This document shows positions 1-8,563 of a DNA stretch of 32,000 bases, piece after piece. The stretch is taken from positions 1,920,001 to 1,952,000 of the forward strand of contig NZ_CP013011.1 of NCBI RefSeq assembly GCF_001412615.1, written 5' to 3'. Both the position numbers and the translations under genes were made by a program. The notes under the pieces were generated by a model. That model was not told the DNA's origin. It searched no databases and saw nothing but the letters and a program-made list of their open reading frames with translations. Every line of letters starts with the position of its first letter. Positions within the stretch are counted from its first letter, which is position 1. The DNA is from Pyrodictium delaneyi. GTDB lineage: Archaea; Thermoproteota; Thermoprotei_A; Sulfolobales; Pyrodictiaceae.

Positions 1-1211
1 GACCACATCTGGTGACTGCCCACACCAGTAACAGTTATCGTGTTACGGGGGACGGCTTGTCTGAGCGTCTTCAGCACCTTCCACGGCGCGAACTTCCTCA
101 TCCGGGCCGCCAGCTTCTCCATGGCGTCTTCGTAGCGGCGGCGTATCCATAGGAGCCACTCGATGAACCTCTTGTCGCGCTGAGGAACTGCCGGCATTTC
201 GCGGAGTATAGCCTGTAGTGCTTCCCGTGCATCAGCTATGATGCTTACAGCTGGTGGGACGTTCTTGCCATGCTCACTGGGGTCTATGTCTATGTGGATT
301 ATTTTCTTCTCACGCAGCTCTGGCTCGAATCTGCCTACAGTCCGGTCGGAGAACCGTGTACCCACGGCAAGTATCACGTCGGCATTAGCGAGTGCTGCAT
401 CGGCCTCGGCGCGGCCATGCATGCCAGCTGGGCCCATTACCAGGGGGTGGTCGGCTGGAACAGCATTCTTTCCAGGGAGCGTCGTGACTATCGGCGCTTG
501 CAGCCGCTCGGCGAGCTCGATGACCTCGGCTGTGGCCCCCGACCAGTATACGCCAGTCCCGACGAGGATTACCGGCCTCGAAGCGGCAAGGAGTAGGCGT
601 GCTGCTCTCCTCACGGCCTCGGGGTCGGGGCTCGGCGGCTGGTACTTGGCGAAGTCTATTGGGAGGTACTCGGGCTCGTCTCTTGGCTCGTATTTGGTTA
701 GCTGCACGTCTCTGGGAAGGTCTACGAGTGTTGGACCCGGCCTACCCTCCACGGCTAACCTATATGCTGTACGTATTGCGGGACCTGCCTCCTCCGGCTT
801 CTTTACCTGGTAGGCGAACTTGGTTATCGGTGCTGTTACTCCGACGATGTCGGTCTCCTGGAAGGCGTCTCGCCCAAAGACGCTTGTAGGTACTTGCCCC
901 GTTATGGCCACCATCGGGGCGGAGTCGAAGTACGCGTTAGCTATACCGGTTACCAGGTTTGTCGCACCAGGGCCGCTCGTGGCCAGGGCTATTCCCGGCC
1001 TGCGCGCTATTCGGCCGTAGGCGTCGGCTGCATGTGCTGCTCCTTGCTCGTGGCGGAACATGTATATCTCGAAGTCTTCGAGCGCCAGGGCGTCGAAGAG
1101 CCCCATTATGCTGCCGCCGGTTACTCCGAAGACTTGCGTTGCACTCAGGTCTTTGAGAATACGAGCTATGTGGTCTACCACGCGAGTTCCATTTTCGACT
1201 GCACCCCTCAC
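1..1211 (-). CDS. ilvB: TPP-dependent enzyme, acetolactate synthase large subunit-like. Only the N-terminal part is present. The gene runs off the left edge, so it is missing from the ORF track.
   Basis: My own minus-strand translation from GTG at 1211 reads VRGAVENGTRVVDHIARILKDLSATQVFGVTGGSIMGLFDALALEDFEIYMFRHEQGAAHAADAYGR...PGIALATSGPGATNLVTGIA. These are classic ALS/TPP N-domain motifs. The + strand ORFs at 238-1325 are antisense shadows of this gene. Confidence 0.8.
   Translation of the reverse strand, partial: MRGAVENGTRVVDHIARILKDLSATQVFGVTGGSIMGLFDALALEDFEIYMFRHEQGAAHAADAYGRIARRPGIALATSGPGATNLVTGIANAYFDSAPMVAITGQVPTSVFGRDAFQETDIVGVTAPITKFAYQVKKPEEAGPAIRTAYRLAVEGRPGPTLVDLPRDVQLTKYEPRDEPEYLPIDFAKYQPPSPDPEAVRRAARLLLAASRPVILVGTGVYWSGATAEVIELAERLQAPIVTTLPGKNAVPADHPLVMGPAGMHGRAEADAALANADVILAVGTRFSDRTVGRFEPELREKKIIHIDIDPSEHGKNVPPAVSIIADAREALQAILREMPAVPQRDKRFIEWLLWIRRRYEDAMEKLAARMRKFAPWKVLKTLRQAVPRNTITVTGVGSHQMW
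1182..1205 (-). repeat. Arm 1 of a 24-nt inverted repeat shared by the 5' ends of the ilvB-like and leuA-like genes
   Basis: Reverse complement ggtgcagtcgaaaAtggaactcgc against 1460-1483 ggtgcagtcgaaaGtggaactcgc (23/24 identical). Confidence 0.9.
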
Positions 1212-1216
1212 ATAAT

Positions 1217-1274
1217 GTTTGACATCTGGACCACCTCCGGTTACATAGGGACGTTTGACATCGAGACCACCTCC
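1217..1274. repeat. Two 22-bp direct repeats, gtttgacatcNNgaccacctcc, with a 36-bp period in the ilvB/leuA divergent control region
   Basis: 1217-1238 gtttgacatctggaccacctcc against 1253-1274 gtttgacatcgagaccacctcc (20/22 identical). Confidence 0.85.
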
Positions 1275-1459
1275 AGCCAGGCCGCGCTACAGCTCAGCCG
1301 CTCTAGGAGGCGTCGGGTATCCTGACCCACATTCCTCCCTAGTTAAAACTCTTTCTGTCCCATTCTAACATACGGGAAACAACGCTTAAATAGACGGTTG
1401 TGGGCGCCCAGTGTCCCTGGCCCAGCAAGAAAGACCAGCTTCATCGAGCATGAACCGGA

Positions 1460-1483
1460 GGTGCAGTCGAAAGTGGAACTCGC
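1460..1483 (+). repeat. Arm 2 of the 24-nt inverted repeat. It is preceded by GGAGGTG at 1457-1463.
   Basis: See arm 1. It lies in the leuA-like 5' region, in frame with the catalytic-motif codons. Confidence 0.9.
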
Positions 1484-1522
1484 ATAAGGGTCTTCGATAC
1501 CACCCTCCGTGATGGCGACCAG

Positions 1523-2623
1523 ATGCCTGGAGTAGAGCTCGACTTCTACGACAAGATAGAGATCCTACGCGCCCTCGACGAACTAGGCGTCGACATTATA
1601 GAGGCCGGATTCCCGGCCTCCTCCGACATAGACCGCAAAGCCGTAAGAGCTGCCGTCAAGGAAACCTCTAGGGCAAAGATAGCAGCCCTAGCCAGGGCGC
1701 ATCCACGCGACGTTGACGAGGCTGCTGCCGCCGAGGCTCACATAATCCACGTGTTCATAGCCACGAGCGATGTACACATGAAGTACAAGCTGAGGATGAC
1801 CCGGAGCCAGGTAATAGAACGTGCCGTCGAGGCCGTAGAGAGGGCGCGAAGCTACGGGGCTACAGTCCTATTCTCCGCTGAGGACGCCACCCGTAGCGAC
1901 CCTGGGTTCCTTGTGAAGATTTACCGGCGCGTCGTAGAGGCTGGAGCCGGCTACATCAACATACCGGATACAGTGGGCACAGCCACACCCTGGTACATGG
2001 AGTGGCTTGTGAGCCTCATAAGGAGGAGTCTACCCAGCTGGGTCTGGATAGACGTACACTGCCACGACGACTTCGGCATGGCCACCGCTAATACACTTGC
2101 AGGCGTGAGGGCTGGAGCCGATGGCGTCCAGGTAACCGTCAACGGGTTCGGAGAGAGAGCAGGCAATGCTGCCCTCGAGGAGGTTGTAGCTGCTCTACAC
2201 TACCTAATGGGCAGGACCACAAGTATCCGCATGGAGCTGCTGACGCCTATCTCGCGGCTTGTAGCCAGCAAGTTCGGCGTTGAGACTCCACCAAACAAGG
2301 CTATCGTTGGCCGCAACGCATTCGCCCATGAAGCTGGTATACACGTGCACGGCATACTGAAGAACCCTGCCACTTACGAGCCCTTGCCACCTGAATCTGT
2401 CGGCAACCGTAGACGCATCGTGTTAGGCCGTCACAGCGGCCGTGCAGCTGTAGAGTGGGCCCTAAAGAACATCGGGGTAGACCCGGAGCCCGATCTAGTG
2501 AAGTATATACTGGATAAGCTGAAGGAATATGCACCAAGGATGAAGAAGGTCAGCGAGGACATAATCGTTAAATGGATAAACGAGTACACGCGACAGGAGC
2601 GTGTAAAGACGCCTTACCCCTAA
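1523..2623 (+). CDS. leuA: 2-isopropylmalate synthase / homocitrate synthase family, short form without the C-terminal regulatory domain. The functional start is probably upstream of 1523.
   Basis: HMGL-like domain motifs HCHDDFGMATANTLAGVRAGA and VNGFGERAGNAALEEVV. The in-frame sequence 1454-1522 encodes TGGAVESGTRIRVFDTTLRDGDQ, which is the conserved catalytic N-terminus. It contains no ATG, GTG or TTG. Confidence 0.8.
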   Translation: MPGVELDFYDKIEILRALDELGVDIIEAGFPASSDIDRKAVRAAVKETSRAKIAALARAHPRDVDEAAAAEAHIIHVFIATSDVHMKYKLRMTRSQVIERAVEAVERARSYGATVLFSAEDATRSDPGFLVKIYRRVVEAGAGYINIPDTVGTATPWYMEWLVSLIRRSLPSWVWIDVHCHDDFGMATANTLAGVRAGADGVQVTVNGFGERAGNAALEEVVAALHYLMGRTTSIRMELLTPISRLVASKFGVETPPNKAIVGRNAFAHEAGIHVHGILKNPATYEPLPPESVGNRRRIVLGRHSGRAAVEWALKNIGVDPEPDLVKYILDKLKEYAPRMKKVSEDIIVKWINEYTRQERVKTPYP

Positions 2624-2816
2624 GCCAGCACAGCTGACGAGTAGAAGCCCTGGTCTAGCTCTACTAGTCCTTTTACGGGTTCTAGGCTGAGGTGCCGGGC
2701 CTTAACTACTCGCAGTACATGATTAACTGAAGCTCCTAACCTCTCTAGGAGCTTGATCTATGCTACTAGACCATGAGCCTAGGAGCTGCTCCGCTAGGGA
2801 GCGGTGTGGGTGAGTT

Positions 2817-3827
2817 GTGTTGGCTGCTCCAAGGGTGCTGGTTATACCAGGCGATGGTATAGGTCCCGAAATCGTAGAGGCTACTATGTTTATTCTCGAG
2901 AAGGCCATGGATCTATATGGGTTCGACCTCGAGATACGCTATGCAGAAGCTGGGGACATTGCCGCTCGCGAGTATGGAGAGCCTCTGCCACACGAGACTC
3001 TGGAGCTAGCCCGGAACTGGGCTGATGCTGTGCTCAAGGGGCCTGTGGGCGAGACTGCACGCGACGTCGTAGTCGTCTTGAGGAGGGAGCTGGGAGTCTA
3101 CGCTAATATCCGGCCGGCTCGTAGCCTTCCCGGTGTCGAGAGCGTTAAACCAATAGACCTGGTCATAGTCAGGGAGAACCTTGAGGACGTCTACGCGGGT
3201 ATAGAGTTCAGCGTGCCGGGCGCAGCGTTCGCGGTGAAGGTCGTCACTGAGGCGGGGACCCGGCGGATAGCACGGGTTGCTGCGCGTTACGCTTCCTCCC
3301 GGACGGGGCGCGTCACTATAGTCCATAAGGCTAACGTGCTCCGTGTCGCCGACGGACTCTTCCGGGATGTAGCACGCCGGGTGCTAGAGGAGGAGGGTAT
3401 TAGCGTAGACGAGATGTATGTCGATGCCGCCGCGATGGAGATGGTGCGTAATCCTGCACGGTTTGACGTGGTGCTCACAATGAACCAGTACGGCGACATT
3501 CTCAGCGACCTAGCTGCACAGGTCGCGGGAAGCCTCGGCCTAGCCCCCTCGGCCAACATAGGCGACGAGAAAGCTCTCTTCGAGCCAGTCCACGGCGCTG
3601 CTTGGGACATAGCTGGAAAGGGTGTGGCAAACCCCACAGCAATGATACTGTCAGCTGCCATGATGCTCGACTACCTCGGATACCATGAGGCAGCACACAG
3701 CGTCGAGACAGCTGTGGAGCAGGCTCTTGCAGCTGGGCTCGCGACGCCGGATCTAGGCGGAAACCTCTCCACAATGGAGTACGCCCAGGCCGTGGCACGG
3801 TTCCTAGCAGCAGGGAAGAGGAGGTGA
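2817..3827 (+). CDS. leuB: 3-isopropylmalate / homoisocitrate dehydrogenase (beta-decarboxylating dehydrogenase family)
   Basis: 336 aa with the pattern VIPGDGIGPEI...NLEDVYAGIE...NQYGDILSDLAAQVAGSLGLAPSANIG. It lies between the leuA-like and leuC-like genes. Confidence 0.8.
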   Translation: MLAAPRVLVIPGDGIGPEIVEATMFILEKAMDLYGFDLEIRYAEAGDIAAREYGEPLPHETLELARNWADAVLKGPVGETARDVVVVLRRELGVYANIRPARSLPGVESVKPIDLVIVRENLEDVYAGIEFSVPGAAFAVKVVTEAGTRRIARVAARYASSRTGRVTIVHKANVLRVADGLFRDVARRVLEEEGISVDEMYVDAAAMEMVRNPARFDVVLTMNQYGDILSDLAAQVAGSLGLAPSANIGDEKALFEPVHGAAWDIAGKGVANPTAMILSAAMMLDYLGYHEAAHSVETAVEQALAAGLATPDLGGNLSTMEYAQAVARFLAAGKRR

Positions 3828-3836
3828 CCCTGGAGC

Positions 3837-5114
3837 ATGGCCAGCCTCGCAGCCCGCATCATAGAGAAGCACGCTGTTGAGAAGCCCCGTGGGAGCGTCG
3901 AGCCCGGGGACATAGTCGTAGTCGAACCCGACGCTGTGCTCGTGAACGATGTGACCGGGCTCCTGGCGCTCCGGGTACTAGAAGAGACGGGCGCTGACAG
4001 ACTCATAGATTGCCGGAGGCAGCGGCCCCGGATAGTATTCGCCTTCGATCACTATAGCCCCGCGCCCACCGCCGCCACAGCTACTGGTCACCGCCGCCTT
4101 AGGCTATTCGCCCGAGAGAAGGGCTGCCGGGTTTGGGACGTCGGCTACGGCGTCATGCACCAGGCTGCCGTGGAGGAGCTCGTGGAGCCCGGCTGGCTTG
4201 TCTTCGGCGCAGACAGCCACACGATAACCTACGGGGCTCTCTCGGTCTTCTCAACGGGGGTTGGGAGCACCGAGGCAGCCTACGCCATGGCGACTGGTAG
4301 GCTTTGGCTACGGGTCCCCGAGCCGCTCTACATTAAGCTCGAGGGCAAGCTACCCGAGGGGATTACGGGCAAGGACCTGGTGCTAACGCTGCTGGGGATC
4401 CTGGGCGGCGACGGCGCCATCTATCGCAGCGTAGAGTTCCACGGGCCAGGTGTAGCAACGCTACCGATGCACGACCGGCTCACAGTAGCCAACATGATGG
4501 TAGAGGCTGGAGCGAAGACCGCGCTCTTCCCCTTCGACGACACCGCGAGGGAATGGTACCGCGCTACGCGGGGCCGCGAGCCCCCGGAAGAAGCCCGGGA
4601 ACTGCGTGTCGAGCCTGAACCAGGGACCGACTCTCTGAGCATCAGTCTCGCGAAGCTAGAGCCAATGGTGGCTAAGCCTCTTGCACCCTATAATGTCGCC
4701 CCCGTCGCGGAGGTGGAGGGCGAGGAAGTGGACCAGGTGTTCATAGGGAGCTGTACTAATGGCCGCTACGAGGACCTTGAAGCAGCTGCCCGGATACTCA
4801 AGGGCCGCCGAGCACGGGCCCGGCTCATAGTGGCGCCGGCAAGTCGTAGGATATACCGTCGGGCGCTCGAGACAGGGGTGCTCGAGATACTCCACGAGGC
4901 TGGCGCCGTCATAGCGCCGCCGGGGTGTGCAGCCTGCTTCGGAGCACACATGGGTGTGGCGGGCGACGGCGAGGTCGTGGTCTCTACTAGCAATAGGAAC
5001 TTCCCGGGGCGCATGGGGAGCCCGAGTGCCAGGGTCTACCTCGCCTCGCCCTACACAGCCGCCGCTGCCGCAGTGGAGGGCAGGATCGTGGATCCACGTG
5101 GGCTGCTTAGCTGA
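3837..5114 (+). CDS. leuC: 3-isopropylmalate dehydratase / homoaconitase large subunit (aconitase family)
   Basis: 425 aa with GADSHT, FIGSCTNGRYEDL and STSNRNFPGRMG motifs. No small-subunit gene follows it in this window. Confidence 0.8.
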   Translation: MASLAARIIEKHAVEKPRGSVEPGDIVVVEPDAVLVNDVTGLLALRVLEETGADRLIDCRRQRPRIVFAFDHYSPAPTAATATGHRRLRLFAREKGCRVWDVGYGVMHQAAVEELVEPGWLVFGADSHTITYGALSVFSTGVGSTEAAYAMATGRLWLRVPEPLYIKLEGKLPEGITGKDLVLTLLGILGGDGAIYRSVEFHGPGVATLPMHDRLTVANMMVEAGAKTALFPFDDTAREWYRATRGREPPEEARELRVEPEPGTDSLSISLAKLEPMVAKPLAPYNVAPVAEVEGEEVDQVFIGSCTNGRYEDLEAAARILKGRRARARLIVAPASRRIYRRALETGVLEILHEAGAVIAPPGCAACFGAHMGVAGDGEVVVSTSNRNFPGRMGSPSARVYLASPYTAAAAAVEGRIVDPRGLLS

Positions 5115-5868
5115 GGTCGCCGCAGCTACAGCTCATCTCGAGTACTAGCCGGTGTAGCTCCTCGATTCCTTCACCCTTTAGGGCGGAGACCCTTGGGACC
5201 TCGACACGGCGGTTGTACTTGAGCAGTACTCGTAGCATCTCGCGGAGCATCTCGGCGTAGACGCTGCCGGCCTCGCGTAGCGCGCGGGAGACGCGGCCGA
5301 AGTCGCGTAGCAGGTCGCCGGTGATCTCTACGTCGGGTACTAGGTCTATCTTGTTTAGCACCGGGGCTGTCTCGAGCCCTAGTCTTAGCTGTACTGCTGT
5401 AGCCATGGTTACTAGGAACGCGTAGTCGGCGGGATCCCTAATCACCGAGGCGTCTAGGACGAATACCGCGTAGCTCTCGGGGCTGATGCCCCGGAGGGCC
5501 TCGGCGAGCCTCCAGGAGAGGTCACGGAAGAGGAATACCTCCATCTGACCCGGCGTGTCCACGAGCACGTAGTCGGCTTCGGCCGCAGCTATCTTCGACG
5601 TTATCTCCTCCAGCCTCTCCGTTACCAGCTCCATGCTCTTGACTAGCGCCCCGTTAGGGCCGAGCCCATACTTCCGTGCAACCTCCCTGGCGTCCACGAT
5701 GCTCCTCACGTCCAGGCTTGGCTCGTACGGTAGCGTCTCCGCCGCTGGGTCGAGGTTCACAGTGTAGACGCTGGCATCGCCCTCTCGTAGCCACTTGGCG
5801 TAGGCTGCTACTAGGGTCGACTTGCCGCTACCTGCAGGCCCCACGAAGACAACTATCACCTTGCCCAT
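5107..5868 (-). CDS. GPN-loop GTPase (PAB0955/Npa3 family)
   Basis: P-loop GPAGSGKST, the diagnostic GLGPNGAL motif, DTPGQMEVF and NKIDL. It is convergent with leuC and overlaps it by 8 nt. Confidence 0.8.
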   Translation of the reverse strand: MGKVIVVFVGPAGSGKSTLVAAYAKWLREGDASVYTVNLDPAAETLPYEPSLDVRSIVDAREVARKYGLGPNGALVKSMELVTERLEEITSKIAAAEADYVLVDTPGQMEVFLFRDLSWRLAEALRGISPESYAVFVLDASVIRDPADYAFLVTMATAVQLRLGLETAPVLNKIDLVPDVEITGDLLRDFGRVSRALREAGSVYAEMLREMLRVLLKYNRRVEVPRVSALKGEGIEELHRLVLEMSCSCGDLS

Positions 5869-6044
5869 GCTGTGTTCCCCTCTCCCGGGTTTCTTCGGGC
5901 AGCTTCTGTGCTGTAAGTCTTGCCGCTAGCTGTAGGCCCCTCCCAGGGCTTGATCCCGGGCCCCGTCGTGCCGGGGGAAACGCTTATGCAGGCGTGTTTG
6001 CTACATGCAATGTTTGGAGCGCTCGGTAGGAGGTGTACACCAGG

Positions 6045-6383
6045 ATGCCATGGAGATGGGGACGCGGAGGATGGGGCAGAGGAGGCTGGCGGCGTGGCCA
6101 AGGATGGGGACGCGGCCGGGCCTGGTGGCTCCAGGCACAGCAGACTAGCGAGTCAAAACAACCACCCCTGCCGCCAACAACCCCGCCAGCACAGGCTAGC
6201 CAGCAAACGCCGCCAGCACCACCGGCCACTATAGGGCCCTGGCCGGGCCGCGGGCCCTGGAGCCACCTACCGCCCTGGGAGAGGCCGGGCTGGCTCCTAG
6301 GCAGGGGATGGTGTCGCTGGCTATACTGGTGGAGCTGGCTAAGAGACAGGGAGAAAGAAGAGAAAGACGAGACTGGCCAGTAG
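6045..6383 (+). CDS. Candidate small Trp/Gly/Arg-rich low-complexity protein (hypothetical)
   Basis: A perfect GGAGGTG at 6029-6035 lies 9 nt before the ATG at 6045. Product: MPWRWGRGGWGRGGWRRGQGWGRGRAWW, then a Pro/Thr/Gln linker, then GWLLGRGWCRWLYWWSWL and an acidic tail. The region is GC-rich and open in several frames, so the coding call is tentative. Confidence 0.35.
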   Translation: MPWRWGRGGWGRGGWRRGQGWGRGRAWWLQAQQTSESKQPPLPPTTPPAQASQQTPPAPPATIGPWPGRGPWSHLPPWERPGWLLGRGWCRWLYWWSWLRDREKEEKDETGQ

Positions 6384-6653
6384 AGGGGTGCAGCCTAAAC
6401 CCTTACCCATTTGTTTGCTTCCTTCCCATCTCATCGCTTCCTCTAGGGCCTCTCCTCTACTCCTTATACAACCGTGAGAACCCTATGCTTAGCTCCCAGA
6501 CCCCTCCGGAAAGAATAGGCATATACCTTTAGCCGCTGGGCTGCCGCGGACGCTAGACACACCCATACACGCCACGCTAATATATGCTCGGCCCCGCATA
6601 GCTTCCGTGGCGCCAACAAGGGGCAGACGAGAGAGCGTGACGGGGATACCTCC

Positions 6654-7679
6654 TTGGCTCTAGTCTACGCACTAGCCTCGGGCCTCGTCGCCTTCGCGCT
6701 AGTCCTGGTTATCGAGCCTGCATGGATCCGGGTAGCCAGGGCCCGGGGCCTAGTCGGCCAGGACATGAACAAGCCAGGCAAGGTCATGGTCGCTGAGGCG
6801 GGCGGCATCTGGGCGGTCGTTGCTGCCGCCTTCGGGCTCTTAGCCCTCGAGGCTCTCTACACCTACTTGGAGGGGGCGCCCTACCGGCCCGCCGAGCTCT
6901 ACGCGCTTGTAGCCCTCCTACTCCTGGCTAGCCTCCTAGGCTTCATCGATGATATTCTGGGGTGGAAGCGGGGCCTGCCACGCTGGCAGCGGGTGGCCTT
7001 CATGGCCCCCGTATCGCTGCCGCTCGTCGTGATAAAGGCGGGCAAGTCCACACTATCACTGCCCCTAATAGGCACCGTGGACCTCGGAGCCGCGTACCCC
7101 CTGGTAGCCGTGCCGGTGGGCGTGCTAGGCGCCGCTAACGCGTTCAACATGCTGGCAGGCTACAATGGGCTCGAGGCCGGCATGGGCCTGCTGCTAATGC
7201 TCTTCACCGCCGCCTATGCAGCCCTAAAGGGACTAGACCTAGTACTCCAGGCAGCCCTCGTCATGGCAGCAGCGCTGCTGGGGTTCCTACGGTACAACTG
7301 GTACCCCGCCCGCGTGTTCCCCGGCAACGCCTTCACCTACGGCGTCGGCGCATACTACGCCGCCCTGGTGATACTAGGCAACATGGAGAAGTTCGGCCTA
7401 GTCCTCTTCACCCTGTACTTCGTGAAGGCGCTACTATACTTTCGCGGCGTACTTCACGGCGTATGGAGGCCCGGCATAGAAGACTTCGGAGTACCCAGGC
7501 CCGACGGCAGCCTAGAGCCCCCGCTCCAAGGCGCCTATAGTCTCCAGCACCTCGCGATAAGACTGCTGAAGAGGACGAGAGGCCGTGCAACCGAGAAAGG
7601 AGTAGTACTAGTCATCCTCCTAGCACAAGCTGTGATAGGACTCGTAGCCCTCGTACTGGCTCTAGAAGGCCTCCTCTAA
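6654..7679 (+). CDS. aglH: UDP-GlcNAc:dolichyl-phosphate GlcNAc-1-phosphate transferase (GT4 MraY/WecA/Alg7 family)
   Basis: 341-aa polytopic membrane protein with FIDDILG and NAFNMLAGYNGLEAG motifs typical of the MraY/WecA/AglH family. TTG start. Confidence 0.75.
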   Translation: MALVYALASGLVAFALVLVIEPAWIRVARARGLVGQDMNKPGKVMVAEAGGIWAVVAAAFGLLALEALYTYLEGAPYRPAELYALVALLLLASLLGFIDDILGWKRGLPRWQRVAFMAPVSLPLVVIKAGKSTLSLPLIGTVDLGAAYPLVAVPVGVLGAANAFNMLAGYNGLEAGMGLLLMLFTAAYAALKGLDLVLQAALVMAAALLGFLRYNWYPARVFPGNAFTYGVGAYYAALVILGNMEKFGLVLFTLYFVKALLYFRGVLHGVWRPGIEDFGVPRPDGSLEPPLQGAYSLQHLAIRLLKRTRGRATEKGVVLVILLAQAVIGLVALVLALEGLL

Positions 7680-8155
7680 GGCCTTGCCGCAATGGGGGTT
7701 ACGGCTGGACCGGTGTTCGCCTTAAATCCGTGAAAGTATAGCGCTCTAGCATCTAGGGTTACAATCTTCTGAGTTTCTAACTAACTTATAAAACTCTTAA
7801 AACCTTGCCAGCCAGCATCACGTTCTCCTCTTCTCTAGCTTCTTCATCTCCTCCGCTAGATCCTTCACCACCACCTGGAGCCTAAGGCCGCCACCCTAAG
7901 AACCATGACCAAAGGGTTCTCCAACAGCTTCATTCCATACCTGCAGTTCAGGACATAGAGCATTAGCGAAGACTGAGAGCATTCACTAGAGGCGATAATT
8001 CATGCAAAATATATTCCGCCGAAACAGTATCAACGGTAACGGGCTACTGACAGCCCGATTATCGTGCTAACTTGGGGTAATAAACTTAGAAAACGCCTGC
8101 ATCCACATTATATTGCCGCCGTAGTATGCGGAGTAGCCGCAGCACTGAGTCTGCA

Positions 8156-8557
8156 CTAGTATTTGTTGGCCAGCTCGCTGCTAGAGACCGTCTCTACATA
8201 TCTTGATGCTCTATTTCTAAGCTCTCTGTCATCGGTTACGAGAATGTAACCGTTCTTCATCGCCACGTATAGATAGGAGGCATCGTACACCGTGAGGCCA
8301 TCCCTAGCCGCTAACTCGAAGATACCTTTCTCCAGGCCCTTCACCGACAATACCTCTATAACATTGAATACGCTACTAATAACATCTACGAGTTCTAGTG
8401 CCGTTTCCTCGTCGATCCTTCCCAGCAGTTTGTACTCCTTCCATACAGCGTTCAGGGACTCGTAGAGCGCTAGCTCGATCGTAGCTCCTCTGGCGAGTGG
8501 TCTAACCCTACCCTTCTTAACCATGTTCACTAGGGCACTCGCGTCGAACAAGTACAT
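8156..8557 (-). CDS. vapC: PIN-domain ribonuclease toxin VapC
   Basis: N-terminal MYLFDASAL, internal DASYLYVA and C-terminal LVTDD acidic residues of the PIN fold. It sits 6 nt downstream of a small antitoxin gene. Confidence 0.75.
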   Translation of the reverse strand: MYLFDASALVNMVKKGRVRPLARGATIELALYESLNAVWKEYKLLGRIDEETALELVDVISSVFNVIEVLSVKGLEKGIFELAARDGLTVYDASYLYVAMKNGYILVTDDRELRNRASRYVETVSSSELANKY

Positions 8558-8563
8558 CCCCGG

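Noticed and set aside
238-1325. Six + strand ORFs (238-813, 270-596, 599-889, 820-1020, 894-1325, 959-1156)
   Set aside because: They are antisense or alternative-frame shadows of the minus-strand ALS-like gene, whose translation carries clear family motifs. Their products are low-complexity Ser/Arg/Gly-rich.
5856-6234. Overlapping ORFs 5856-6101(-), 5920-6234(+) and 5984-6229(-)
   Set aside because: This is a GC-rich spacer open in several frames. None of these ORFs has an SD or start context as good as 6045-6383, and none resembles a known family.
7800-7880. Short minus-strand coding remnant (..VVVKDLAEEMKKLEKRRT*) in the aglH-vapC spacer
   Set aside because: Only about 19 codons are open, with a stop immediately upstream. 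That is too short to assign, and it may be a relic or chance.
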